IMG/VR virus record: IMGVR_UViG_3300019487_000023
Coordinates: 8,850-72,849 of that record
DNA: 64,000 bases
Source of the DNA: a virus
Strand: one strand, 5' to 3'
Position numbers and translations under genes: made by a program. Below, in pieces: positions 47,111 to 55,358 of this stretch (positions within the stretch are counted from its first letter, which is position 1; every line of letters begins with the position of its first letter). A model generated the notes under the pieces. The model saw nothing but the letters and a program-made list of their open reading frames with translations. It was not told where the DNA came from and searched no databases.

Positions 47111-47845
47111 ATGGCTTCTAAACAACTCAAAGCGACACACCTGATTCCGAACTCGCTCTCCCATTCGGGCGGGACGATCACGGCTGTCTTCAACTCCGGT
47201 ACGCGCCAGGTCGTGTTGTCGGCTCTCACGGCCAACACGCTTTACTTTCTGTACCTTCGAACCGTTTCAGGTACGCCAACCCTTTTCTTTGTTACCACGA
47301 TTCCTAGCACGTACCACGCATCCTTCTCTGACGCTATTTTGGTAGGCGCCTTCATGGCAAACGGCCTTACATCTGTTTCTTTTGGTTCTTTCGTCAACAT
47401 CGAAGGCACTCCCACTTCTGACGAGATCCAGTTCAACTCTACCATGACGAACGGCGGTAACGGAGTCTTGAACGCCTACTACGTCCGCCGAGGCAAGCTT
47501 GCTGATATATTTTGGTACTTCTCAGTTGGTTCTTCTATTCCTACCGGTTCAATGTCTTTTGCGATGCCCTTAAATTTGGCTCATGACCAAGCTGCCAGAA
47601 GCGGCGATTTCGGTATTGGTGGTACAGCCTGGGCTCGCGGCGCTGGTGGCAACGACACCCACATGGGTACCCCTAACATTAACGGCGGGACTCTAATTGT
47701 TCCTGGCTATGGTGACGATGGCGCCGCAGGTTGGTCCAACACCGTTCCCGTGAATCCGCTCACTGCCAGCACGTCAGTATTCGGCGGCATTCTCCAAGAT
47801 GTCGGCATTACTGGATGGACGTCTACCCCTCTGAAGGATCTATAA
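47111..47845 (+). CDS. Fibre/receptor-binding protein (244 aa), paralog of 43097-43837
   Basis: Shared motifs as above; own TATAAT at 47088-47093 and GGAG SD. Confidence 0.7.
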   Translation: MASKQLKATHLIPNSLSHSGGTITAVFNSGTRQVVLSALTANTLYFLYLRTVSGTPTLFFVTTIPSTYHASFSDAILVGAFMANGLTSVSFGSFVNIEGTPTSDEIQFNSTMTNGGNGVLNAYYVRRGKLADIFWYFSVGSSIPTGSMSFAMPLNLAHDQAARSGDFGIGGTAWARGAGGNDTHMGTPNINGGTLIVPGYGDDGAAGWSNTVPVNPLTASTSVFGGILQDVGITGWTSTPLKDL

Positions 47846-48018
47846 CATGATCTCCATGCAAGAACTCCTCTCGGGGGGGGGACAAGCAGACCCCCAGAGT
47901 GTTGCCAATTGGCACAACAAACCCTACACTGTGCTTTAACGCCAAATAAACCATTTTTCTTTTTATGAAAATCAGAAACAGGTTTCTCTAAGCCACAACC
48001 TTTACACTTTTTAATCAT
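47830..48018 (-). pseudogene. Truncated HNH endonuclease remnant
   Basis: MIKKCKGCGLEKPVSDFHKKKNGLFGVKAQCRVC matches the N-terminal Zn domain of the HNHs at 3578 and 18024; no intact nuclease domain follows. Confidence 0.55.
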
Positions 48019-48890
48019 ACTTTTTTGACTTTACTTAAGAAGTAACTTGCTAATTCTTCAAAAGAAAGCTCCTTTAACATGTCATTCCAGTCTTTGTCTG
48101 TATCTTCGGTGAAAGCCACATGAGACACAGATTGATGATCATTGAATTTCTGGAACATCTTGACGCCGGCTTCATCAGTATCCGGTGCGACGATGGTCTT
48201 TACTCCTTCGTCTCGGAGTTCTTTGATTGCGTCTTTTTGATGATCCGTGGCACCAGCACCGGAGCAAGCAATAGCCCTCCAGGGATTACGAGCAATACCG
48301 CCGTAACGCAAATTAAGCGCTTGTTGGAGGCTAAGCGCATTAATGGCTCCCTCTGTGATGATAACACCTTTAACGTTCCCGACAAAACGGCTCTGATTCC
48401 AGCCATAAAACAACAACCCTAAACGAGTGCCAGGAATAGTGTCCATCTTTTGGAACTCTCCGTCCCCTAGATCTTTTGGGACGATCAACCTGATCTGCGC
48501 ACCTACAAAATGATTTCCGAAGTAGTACGGAAACACAATTCCGTTCCTATCCATATCATAATACATGTCGCCTTCAAGAGACATCTTGCGGACGTTTTTT
48601 AGATAGTCAACTGCTGGTTCTGCACGAGGATCCGACAATGGAATGAACGAAGCGGGCCATGCCATGGCTTGCACTTCATTGGGGCGGGCTTCTTCGATTT
48701 GGAAATCGCCCTTCAAGAAGTCAGCAAGTTCAATGCCAGCCTTATAGCAATAGTCATGTAAGGAATAAGCTCGGTCACACTTGTTGCAATAGCACCAAAT
48801 GTCATTAGTTTCCGCATTCTTGTGCCAGTATAGGGTCCTATTCTTAGGACGGCAGATTAGGCACCACCTGTTATCTTTCGGAGTAGCCAT
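48015..48890 (-). CDS. DNA primase (Zn finger + TOPRIM)
   Basis: CLIC...CYCNKC; IITEGAINAL; APDTDEAG; DWNDML. Confidence 0.88.
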   Translation of the reverse strand: MATPKDNRWCLICRPKNRTLYWHKNAETNDIWCYCNKCDRAYSLHDYCYKAGIELADFLKGDFQIEEARPNEVQAMAWPASFIPLSDPRAEPAVDYLKNVRKMSLEGDMYYDMDRNGIVFPYYFGNHFVGAQIRLIVPKDLGDGEFQKMDTIPGTRLGLLFYGWNQSRFVGNVKGVIITEGAINALSLQQALNLRYGGIARNPWRAIACSGAGATDHQKDAIKELRDEGVKTIVAPDTDEAGVKMFQKFNDHQSVSHVAFTEDTDKDWNDMLKELSFEELASYFLSKVKKV

Positions 48891-49894
48891 TATTCCTCCG
48901 CAGTGTGATCGTGGATCTCTTCTCCAGATTCGATCATCTCTAACTTACGTTCTGCCAAGAAACGCTCAACATCATCAGGTTGCCTTAAGAAGCGACCCTT
49001 CTCAAAGGGACAGATAATCTTCTTGCCTTGGGCACCGAATCGGTCTTTGTGGATCAAGAAGGCGGACGTCTTGGTCTCAAAGTCAGGTACGACTTCGATG
49101 ATGACAGTGGCCGGTTCAACAACCGCTGGACATTCCTTGATTCGAGCATCCATCTCTTTCACACCGCCCTTCTTACCAGTGGAGTGAAGTTGAACGAACA
49201 GAACAATTGGGATATTAGAGTCCTTGATATATTGACCCATCCAGATCCTTAGGTCATTGAGGACGTCATACCTAGTACGCGACTTATCTTCAACTGAGTA
49301 TTGAATAAGTTGATAATAGTCAATAAGAACGCAGGAGTATTGGCTAGTCTTCACCGCTGAAAGCGCATTCTTAACGCCCTCAAGTTTAGTGGTGATGCCA
49401 TTCTTAAAGTTAACGTCTACGACCTTAACATAGTCAGAGATAGAGGGGAACAACTTGAAGAGCTCCATTTGCTCTTCCTTAGACATGAGACCCTTCTTGT
49501 AATCGTTAAAGCTAGAGCCGTGCTCAAGACACGCAATACGCATGATGACGTCTTGGGCTGATTCTTCGTTCGAGATAACGAGAACCTTCTTATTTTGTTT
49601 CCAGAGAGGATACGAGATGTTCGCAGCTACAGTGGATTTACCAGAGCCCGTATATGCGCAGAACAGGTATAGGTTCTCACGCGTAAACGGAACGGTGGCT
49701 GTTAAAGACTCATTCACTAGAGTGATGCGCTCGGAGAGCATCTTGTTGTAAGCTGCTACTCGCTTAATCATCTCACGAAGTGAGTCTTTGTTACCAAAAG
49801 AGTCAATGTCATCGAATGACACAGCCATAGCATCACTCTTATCTGCTTCACCCTTTATGATCTTATTGATCTGATCCGCTGTCAATTTCGCCAT
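48890..49894 (-). CDS. DnaB-like replicative helicase
   Basis: Walker A AYTGSGKST; VISNEE; LIDYYQL; LFVQL; IHKDRFG; adjacent to the primase. Confidence 0.88.
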   Translation of the reverse strand: MAKLTADQINKIIKGEADKSDAMAVSFDDIDSFGNKDSLREMIKRVAAYNKMLSERITLVNESLTATVPFTRENLYLFCAYTGSGKSTVAANISYPLWKQNKKVLVISNEESAQDVIMRIACLEHGSSFNDYKKGLMSKEEQMELFKLFPSISDYVKVVDVNFKNGITTKLEGVKNALSAVKTSQYSCVLIDYYQLIQYSVEDKSRTRYDVLNDLRIWMGQYIKDSNIPIVLFVQLHSTGKKGGVKEMDARIKECPAVVEPATVIIEVVPDFETKTSAFLIHKDRFGAQGKKIICPFEKGRFLRQPDDVERFLAERKLEMIESGEEIHDHTAEE

Positions 49895-50405
49895 TTGTGT
49901 ATCCCAAAACGTTTAAAATATCATCGATGTTCATGTCGGCCAACTCTTTAATTTTGGCCTCAATTTCTGAAACATTCACCGTTTCAAATGATTCTACATA
50001 TCGTTGTTGCTGACGGTGCTCCTTGAGGGTTAACCCTCCGTAGCGCTTTGGGGTTTCGTCTTCAGCCTTGATCTTGTAGAAAGAATAGAACGATTCAGTT
50101 GCAGCATCTTTGATGTTATTGTGCCAACCATCAATGAACTCCTTCTCCGTATGTTCTGTGTGGTCCTTGCAGCGTTTATAGACTGCACGAGCTACAGCAG
50201 GAGGAGGAAGGTGAGCCTTGATAGCTTTTGGCAATACTTCTTCGTGAGCAACTTCAAATGGGACATCTGCCTTATAGAGCTTCTCAAAAAGCTCGTCCAT
50301 ATTCCCAGGAACTTGTTTGTTGCTACGATCTCGCGATGGTAGAGATGCGACCCATTTTTCAAGAATCAGAGACGCATTTCTTTTTGCGTCTTCATTCTTG
50401 TCCAT
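49863..50405 (-). CDS. Hypothetical protein (180 aa)
   Basis: Start moved to ATG 50405, which has an AAGGAG SD. Confidence 0.75.
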   Translation of the reverse strand: MDKNEDAKRNASLILEKWVASLPSRDRSNKQVPGNMDELFEKLYKADVPFEVAHEEVLPKAIKAHLPPPAVARAVYKRCKDHTEHTEKEFIDGWHNNIKDAATESFYSFYKIKAEDETPKRYGGLTLKEHRQQQRYVESFETVNVSEIEAKIKELADMNIDDILNVLGYTNGEIDSGSDQ

Positions 50406-50604
50406 TAGAGTCTCCTTCGTCATCCACTGACGAAGCGATAGTTTCACCTGTTTTTAGGTTTGTAACTTTGATTTTAGCGGAGTTATTGTGCTTGTCGATG
50501 AACATCAACTCAAGTTTATACTCGTCGTTGATGATGAAGGGACGCTTCTTACCAAGCCACCAGTAGAGGGTGTCTTTAAGCTTATCTGCATACGAAATTT
50601 GCAT
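50392..50604 (-). CDS. Hypothetical protein (70 aa)
   Basis: ORF track; AGGAGG SD. Confidence 0.75.
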   Translation of the reverse strand: MQISYADKLKDTLYWWLGKKRPFIINDEYKLELMFIDKHNNSAKIKVTNLKTGETIASSVDDEGDSNGQE

Positions 50605-50706
50605 ACGATCCTCCTATAAATGGATCACAGTAATTATACGATCAGAAAAACGACCGTATTATGGTATGCATACCGAAGTAGTATTGTACCTTCGTATAAT
50701 TGCACC

Positions 50707-52098
50707 ATGAACACAACAGTCAACAATGACCGCACGATAATTCAAGACCCAACTCAAGATGTGGCAGACTTTATCGAGTCAACTCTAGTTTATCTTGACA
50801 AGAGCAAGCAATACCAACTCAAGAGAATGGCCAGAAATATTTGGCAACGTTCTACCCCTCTATATACGAAGTTGCAGAAAGAAGTGAATGGTCAACTGTT
50901 TGAAAAGCTAGCAGATGGCTCGTACTCTATTTCCTCTTGCTTCATCAATGCAATTGAAACAGAGTTTCCTGGCTTCGCCTATACAGATAAGCGTAAAGAT
51001 ACTGGTAAAACAGTCGCACTACCATGGGTTACTAAACCTCATAACATGAGGGATTATCAACAAGAGGCTTGCGACATTATGCTTAAGTCTCATCGTGGCG
51101 TTATCAATTTTGCAACAGGATTGGGAAAGACCCTTGTAGCTACTCACCTAGCGAAGCAGTGTCGGAAGAGAGCCCTTATCGTTTGTCCTTCAGAATCTGT
51201 AGCATCCCAATTCTATGAGATCTTCGTCAGTGCCTTTGGAAAACAGAAGGTCGGGTTTTATGGGGACGGCAAGAAGAAGCTGGGCGAATTAACGATCGGT
51301 ATTGCTGCCTCTGTATCTAAACATATCGCAGATTTCCAGAACCATGAACTTGGACTTGTCATTATCGATGAGACACACCATACTCCTGCTACCACGTTCT
51401 TCACAATTGCTGAAGGGTTGGCAGGCGTAGGTAAAGTGTTTGGTCTTACTGCAACCGATTACAGATCCGACGGCAAAGATATTATGATCACTGGTGGATG
51501 TGGCCATGTGTTGATGCGCCGTGACATTAAGTGGGGCGTCGATAATCAGTGGTTGGCTGAACTATACTTTATCGTTCGTGAAGTTCAAACTGGTGGACGT
51601 GATTATAAAGATGACAAGTTGAAGTCCTATAAAGAGCATGTGCTCAATAACCAGATTATGAAGGATCAGATTCTTGCTGACTGTCAGAAGATGATGGCCT
51701 CTGGCAAAACGATCCTATGTCTCGTAGATGAAGTAGCTCACGGTAAAGAGTTGAGCGCAGCTCTCGGTATCCCATTCGCCACAGGTCAAGATTCTAAATC
51801 GCAAGAATACGTAGACCAGCTAAATGCTGGGAAGATCAAGGGATTGATTGGTACAGATTCTAAGGTAGGCGAAGGAACAGATACAAGAAATGTGGATGTA
51901 TTGATTATGGCCAACTTCGTAGCTTCAAAGGGTCCTGTTATCCAAGCAATTGGACGAGGACTCCGTAAACAGGGCACTAAAACGAAATGCATCATTCTCG
52001 ACTATATTCCTATGGGTTCAACGATGCTCACTCGCCATGCCCATAATCGTATTGTCTTCTATAGAGAGATCACTGATAAGGTAAAGGTTGTAAAATGA
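50707..52098 (+). CDS. Superfamily 2 DNA helicase (UvsW/XPB-like)
   Basis: MRDYQ; ATGLGKT; IIDETHH; TAT; GEGTD; QAIGRGLR. Start moved to ATG 50707, 6 nt after TATAAT. Confidence 0.9.
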   Translation: MNTTVNNDRTIIQDPTQDVADFIESTLVYLDKSKQYQLKRMARNIWQRSTPLYTKLQKEVNGQLFEKLADGSYSISSCFINAIETEFPGFAYTDKRKDTGKTVALPWVTKPHNMRDYQQEACDIMLKSHRGVINFATGLGKTLVATHLAKQCRKRALIVCPSESVASQFYEIFVSAFGKQKVGFYGDGKKKLGELTIGIAASVSKHIADFQNHELGLVIIDETHHTPATTFFTIAEGLAGVGKVFGLTATDYRSDGKDIMITGGCGHVLMRRDIKWGVDNQWLAELYFIVREVQTGGRDYKDDKLKSYKEHVLNNQIMKDQILADCQKMMASGKTILCLVDEVAHGKELSAALGIPFATGQDSKSQEYVDQLNAGKIKGLIGTDSKVGEGTDTRNVDVLIMANFVASKGPVIQAIGRGLRKQGTKTKCIILDYIPMGSTMLTRHAHNRIVFYREITDKVKVVK

Positions 52099-52331
52099 AT
52101 TTCAAAAGACCAAAAGAAGAAGTAATTGAACGAGCATATATTGCAGCCGACTCGGTTCTATATTCTCAACTTCATCAACTCGCGTATGCAGGAGCTAGTT
52201 ATTCACCCAATGGTGTAATCAGCATGTTTCAGATGGCCATGAGTCATGCCATTAAGGAAGCCATCCGATCAGTGGTTGAAGACACATATAGCCACGATGA
52301 ATTTGAAAGAGACCTTGGCATAAAAGAGTGA
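52095..52331 (+). CDS. Hypothetical protein (78 aa)
   Basis: ATGA-coupled. Confidence 0.7.
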   Translation: MNFKRPKEEVIERAYIAADSVLYSQLHQLAYAGASYSPNGVISMFQMAMSHAIKEAIRSVVEDTYSHDEFERDLGIKE

Positions 52332-52344
52332 TATAATGTGAGCT

Positions 52345-52881
52345 ATGCGTCAGCTTAGCTCTGAGGGTGTTAACCTAATTAAAAGTTTTGAAGGTCTATA
52401 CTTGACCGCCTATCTAGACATCGTAGGAGTGCCTACGATTGGATATGGATGCACTGAAGGCGTTACCAAGGCCGACGTGCAGAACAAGCGTACAATCACT
52501 CCCCAACAAGCAGAAGACATGCTCCGCACTGAATTAGACAAGTTCTGTGTTGGTGTAGAGAAGTACGTTAAAGTCCCCCTCAATGACAATCAGTTTGCTG
52601 CTTTAGTATCTTTTAGCTACAACCTAGGTTTAGGTTCCCTACAAAAGTCAACTCTACTTAAACTTCTTAACTCTGGCGACTATACTGGCGCTAGTAACGA
52701 ATTTGTTAAGTGGAATAAGGCTGGTGGGAAAGAGGTCAACGGTCTCACCCGTAGACGCAATGCTGAACGCGACCTATTTTTGAAATCTTCAGGTACAATA
52801 AAATCAAATAGTCTTCTTCCAGATGGTCCATCAGATGATGAGATTCGCAAGAAGCTGGAAGCAGCGGAAGGAAAGAAGTAA
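52345..52881 (+). CDS. Lysozyme/endolysin (GH24)
   Basis: LIKSFEGLYLTAYLDIVGVPTIGYG (E-8-D-5-T); NQFAALVSFSYNLG; KWNKAGGK...GLTRRRNAERDLF. Confidence 0.93.
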   Translation: MRQLSSEGVNLIKSFEGLYLTAYLDIVGVPTIGYGCTEGVTKADVQNKRTITPQQAEDMLRTELDKFCVGVEKYVKVPLNDNQFAALVSFSYNLGLGSLQKSTLLKLLNSGDYTGASNEFVKWNKAGGKEVNGLTRRRNAERDLFLKSSGTIKSNSLLPDGPSDDEIRKKLEAAEGKK

Positions 52882-52965
52882 TGCATTAGGTTAATAGGCC
52901 TCCCTAAAGCTCGTGATTAAGTTTCCGTTATTTCTAATTAACAACTTACTTACGAGGATAAACAA

Positions 52966-53517
52966 ATGAAAGAACAAATCAAAAAGCTTAAGCTCGAACT
53001 CAAAGAGTTGGCTAAGCAGATCAAAGAAAAGAAATCTCAAAGAAAATCGTCTAGCTGTGGCTATGTATCTGGTCTACACGAAGCCCGTGTTGCATTCAGA
53101 CACAAACATGTTGCCTATTGTCTTGCGAGGGGCCGAACCCTTGAGCAAGTAGATAAGGGCGAACGTCTTAATATGGACCATGTCCAATGGTACATGGACT
53201 CCATGAAGCCAGAATCTAAGAAGAAACTATACGCTGTTGTTAGCGACAAGCTCACCCCATCTCAACAAGCAGTACAGGCCGGTCATGCTGTAGCGGAATT
53301 CTTGAAGAAGAACCCGCACACTCAGTGGGATAACGGCTACCTCATCTACCTCACCGAAGCACCAGGATTTGACGGGAACATGCGCGGTTATCGTTGGATG
53401 GTCGGTAGTCATCAATATGCAGAGTTCGTTGAACCTGACCTTGGGAATAAGATCACCGCGTACGCGTTGTTCGGTCCTGAGGCTGAAAGGATTCTTCAGC
53501 GTCACAAACTCCTTTAA
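52966..53517 (+). CDS. Two-domain protein: N-terminal RHxHxAY..RGR domain plus C-terminal peptidyl-tRNA hydrolase 2-like domain
   Basis: KLYAVVSDKLTPSQQAVQAGHAVAEF...FVEPDLGNKITAYAL matches the Pth2-family pattern. Confidence 0.65.
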   Translation: MKEQIKKLKLELKELAKQIKEKKSQRKSSSCGYVSGLHEARVAFRHKHVAYCLARGRTLEQVDKGERLNMDHVQWYMDSMKPESKKKLYAVVSDKLTPSQQAVQAGHAVAEFLKKNPHTQWDNGYLIYLTEAPGFDGNMRGYRWMVGSHQYAEFVEPDLGNKITAYALFGPEAERILQRHKLL

Positions 53518-53538
53518 TATTGATCTACCGGAGGTAAC

Positions 53539-53628
53539 ATGGAAGACAAAATCGATATCAAGAAAGATCTGGAGCTTATGACGAATACCAGGAGGCACTA
53601 TCCGATATTGAATAAGTATAATGATTGA
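53539..53628 (+). CDS. Micro-ORF (29 aa)
   Basis: GGAGGT SD; MEDKIDIKKDLELMTNTRRHYPILNKYND. Confidence 0.55.
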   Translation: MEDKIDIKKDLELMTNTRRHYPILNKYND

Positions 53629-53732
53629 TGTGCGGCATCTCGGATAGACGAGAGAACCGTTGGGATAGGATTAAAGAGTTACTAAACAATCCGAGGACGG
53701 TTCGAAACGAGCCCGCCAAAAATATCGGATAA
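53628..53732 (+). CDS. Micro-ORF (34 aa)
   Basis: TGATG coupling; TATAAT 5 nt upstream; MCGISDRRENRWDRIKELLNNPRTVRNEPAKNIG. Confidence 0.45.
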   Translation: MCGISDRRENRWDRIKELLNNPRTVRNEPAKNIG

Positions 53733-53789
53733 GGCCTTGATGACTCAGGTGATCCAGTGAGTATAGCTTAACCTCACCCGCACAACAAT

Positions 53790-53867
53790 GCTCCATTAGC
53801 TCAGTTGGTCTAGAGCGGCGATCTCTAAAATCGTGCGTCGTGGGTTCGAATCCCTCATGGAGCGCCA
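53790..53867 (+). tRNA. tRNA with CUA anticodon (amber suppressor type)
   Basis: Acceptor GCTCCAT/ATGGAGC, G73, encoded CCA; D-stem GCTC/GAGC with GG in the loop; anticodon stem GCGAT/ATCGT with loop CT-CTA-AA (CTA at 53825-53827); T-loop TTCGAAT with one T-T mismatch in the T-stem. Confidence 0.9.
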
Positions 53868-53872
53868 AATTT

Positions 53873-54310
53873 ATGAAACTCGTTAAAGCACTACAAGATG
53901 CCCATGCTGGAGAACTTGCCGCGTATTACGCATACCAAGGGCACTGGAAGTCTCTCAAAGACCCTGGGGAACGAGTTAAAGTGCAAGAAATCCAAGAAGA
54001 CGAACTAGAACACATCCTATTCCTGTCCCATTACCTTCACAAAATGGGATATCAATCCTCTCCATATAAAGATTTCATCTGGACTCGTATTGGCAAGGCA
54101 ATTGGTGCTCTTTGTCACATTACTGGTTGGTGGTTGCCGATGCGCATTGCTGGAATGATGGAAAGAATCGGCACTAAGAGTTATATCGAAATTTCAGTAA
54201 TAGCTCGTGCCGAAGGGCATCCAGTGCTAGCAAGAAAACTTCTCGCAATGGCTGAAGTTGAGAAAAAAAACACGAAGAGTACTTCAATACCGTTTCAAGT
54301 TAAGATATAA
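53873..54310 (+). CDS. Ferritin-like diiron protein (Coq7/DMQ-hydroxylase-like) with an apparent frameshift at A8 near the 3' end
   Basis: HAGELAAYYAYQGH; EDELEH; ME; the last ExxH appears only in another frame. The track start (GTG 53840) lies inside the tRNA. Confidence 0.75.
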   Translation: MKLVKALQDAHAGELAAYYAYQGHWKSLKDPGERVKVQEIQEDELEHILFLSHYLHKMGYQSSPYKDFIWTRIGKAIGALCHITGWWLPMRIAGMMERIGTKSYIEISVIARAEGHPVLARKLLAMAEVEKKNTKSTSIPFQVKI

Positions 54311-54312
54311 GG

Positions 54313-55122
54313 ATGGATTCCTATCTTGACTTTCAAAAATATCGTGATCAATATGGCCTCAACGGTCTTAACACCAACGGCATAGAGGGATTGCCTACTC
54401 AAAACGGCGCTCTATTCACCGTAGAGTACTTGCTCTGTCTTCTCGCAGATCCTAATGTTCCAGAGTCAATTAAAGTTTCTGAAGTTGAACGACTTAAACT
54501 CGTCTACAACTCCTTAGAGCTATTCCCTGGCATCTCTGTTCGAACCCCAACCTCAAATGAATTCGATTCGATGGATAATGTAGGTGCAATTTGTGCCTTC
54601 TCTGGCCTATTCGATAACGGGAATTTCTCAAAGCGCTCGTATGAGCATGGGTCAAAAACTAGAGCTGAAGGAATAGATGACGGGCAGGATGCTAGCAATA
54701 ACCACAAGTACTATCGCCTAGCTTGGGTATGGAATCTATTCAGAGCTCCTCTATTTTTCTGGAATAACAATAATCCAACTCTATTCTGTTTTCCAGGATG
54801 GCATGGTAGGTCGCCCGGCCACGTAGCGTTCATGAAAATGACCGCAGGAAAGTGGGTAGGTCCATTTGGGCAATTCGCAATCCTTATCAGTCAGTTCTTG
54901 GGATGCTTCAAAGATAAGGGAGATACAGACGCGCGAAAGCTCCCATATGTGAATTGGCAGTATCTCAAAACCAGAAACTTCGTATGGCGTCTCTTCTATA
55001 AGTTTTGGTGTTATATCTTGATGAAGCAATATCAAGATGGCATGCGTACCGTCTATTCAACCTACTATAACGATCCAGACCATCCGATCCGAAAATACTC
55101 AACTAAGTACATCTCTGGTTGA
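54313..55122 (+). CDS. Hypothetical protein (269 aa), aromatic-rich
   Basis: ORF track; no family recognised. Confidence 0.8.
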   Translation: MDSYLDFQKYRDQYGLNGLNTNGIEGLPTQNGALFTVEYLLCLLADPNVPESIKVSEVERLKLVYNSLELFPGISVRTPTSNEFDSMDNVGAICAFSGLFDNGNFSKRSYEHGSKTRAEGIDDGQDASNNHKYYRLAWVWNLFRAPLFFWNNNNPTLFCFPGWHGRSPGHVAFMKMTAGKWVGPFGQFAILISQFLGCFKDKGDTDARKLPYVNWQYLKTRNFVWRLFYKFWCYILMKQYQDGMRTVYSTYYNDPDHPIRKYSTKYISG

Positions 55123-55176
55123 TTTGGGCGGCCCACTCAACTTCCTTAGTCTTCAAATATTTCTTCTCTCACTTAC

Positions 55177-55215
55177 TCACGCACGAAGTGCGTGACCACA
55201 CGCGGCACGCGTGTG
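55177..55215. repeat. Two adjacent perfect 19-nt inverted repeats with GNA triloops
   Basis: TCACGCAC-GAA-GTGCGTGA (55177-55195) and CACACGCG-GCA-CGCGTGTG (55197-55215). Confidence 0.95.
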
Positions 55216-55358
55216 AAACGTTAGTATATAAATTTCTCTGGTTAGATAGGTTAGTAAGGGGTGGTAAAGACATAGATCTATATACCCGCGACAGAGACAT
55301 TTTTAACTCAGTTTTGAAAATAAATTTTACAAGTATAATGCATGCAATGGGAGATTTT

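Noticed and set aside
40331-47845. Diversity-generating retroelement or invertible fibre switch
   Set aside because: Paralogy is only at the protein level; no near-identical TR/VR pair, inverted crossover sites, reverse transcriptase or invertase was seen in the window.
53630-53720. Second tRNA-like or structured ncRNA (contains GGTTCGAA and ends ...GCCA)
   Set aside because: Some stems can be drawn, but the T-stem and acceptor stem do not pair, and the region reads as a coupled 34-aa ORF.
53671-53868. 65-aa minus-strand ORF MALHEGFEPTTHDF...
   Set aside because: It is the antisense shadow of the tRNA.
55119-55346. N-terminal extension of dUTPase in the ORF track
   Set aside because: It runs through the twin hairpins and promoter; dUTPase homology and the SD support a start at 55347/55359.
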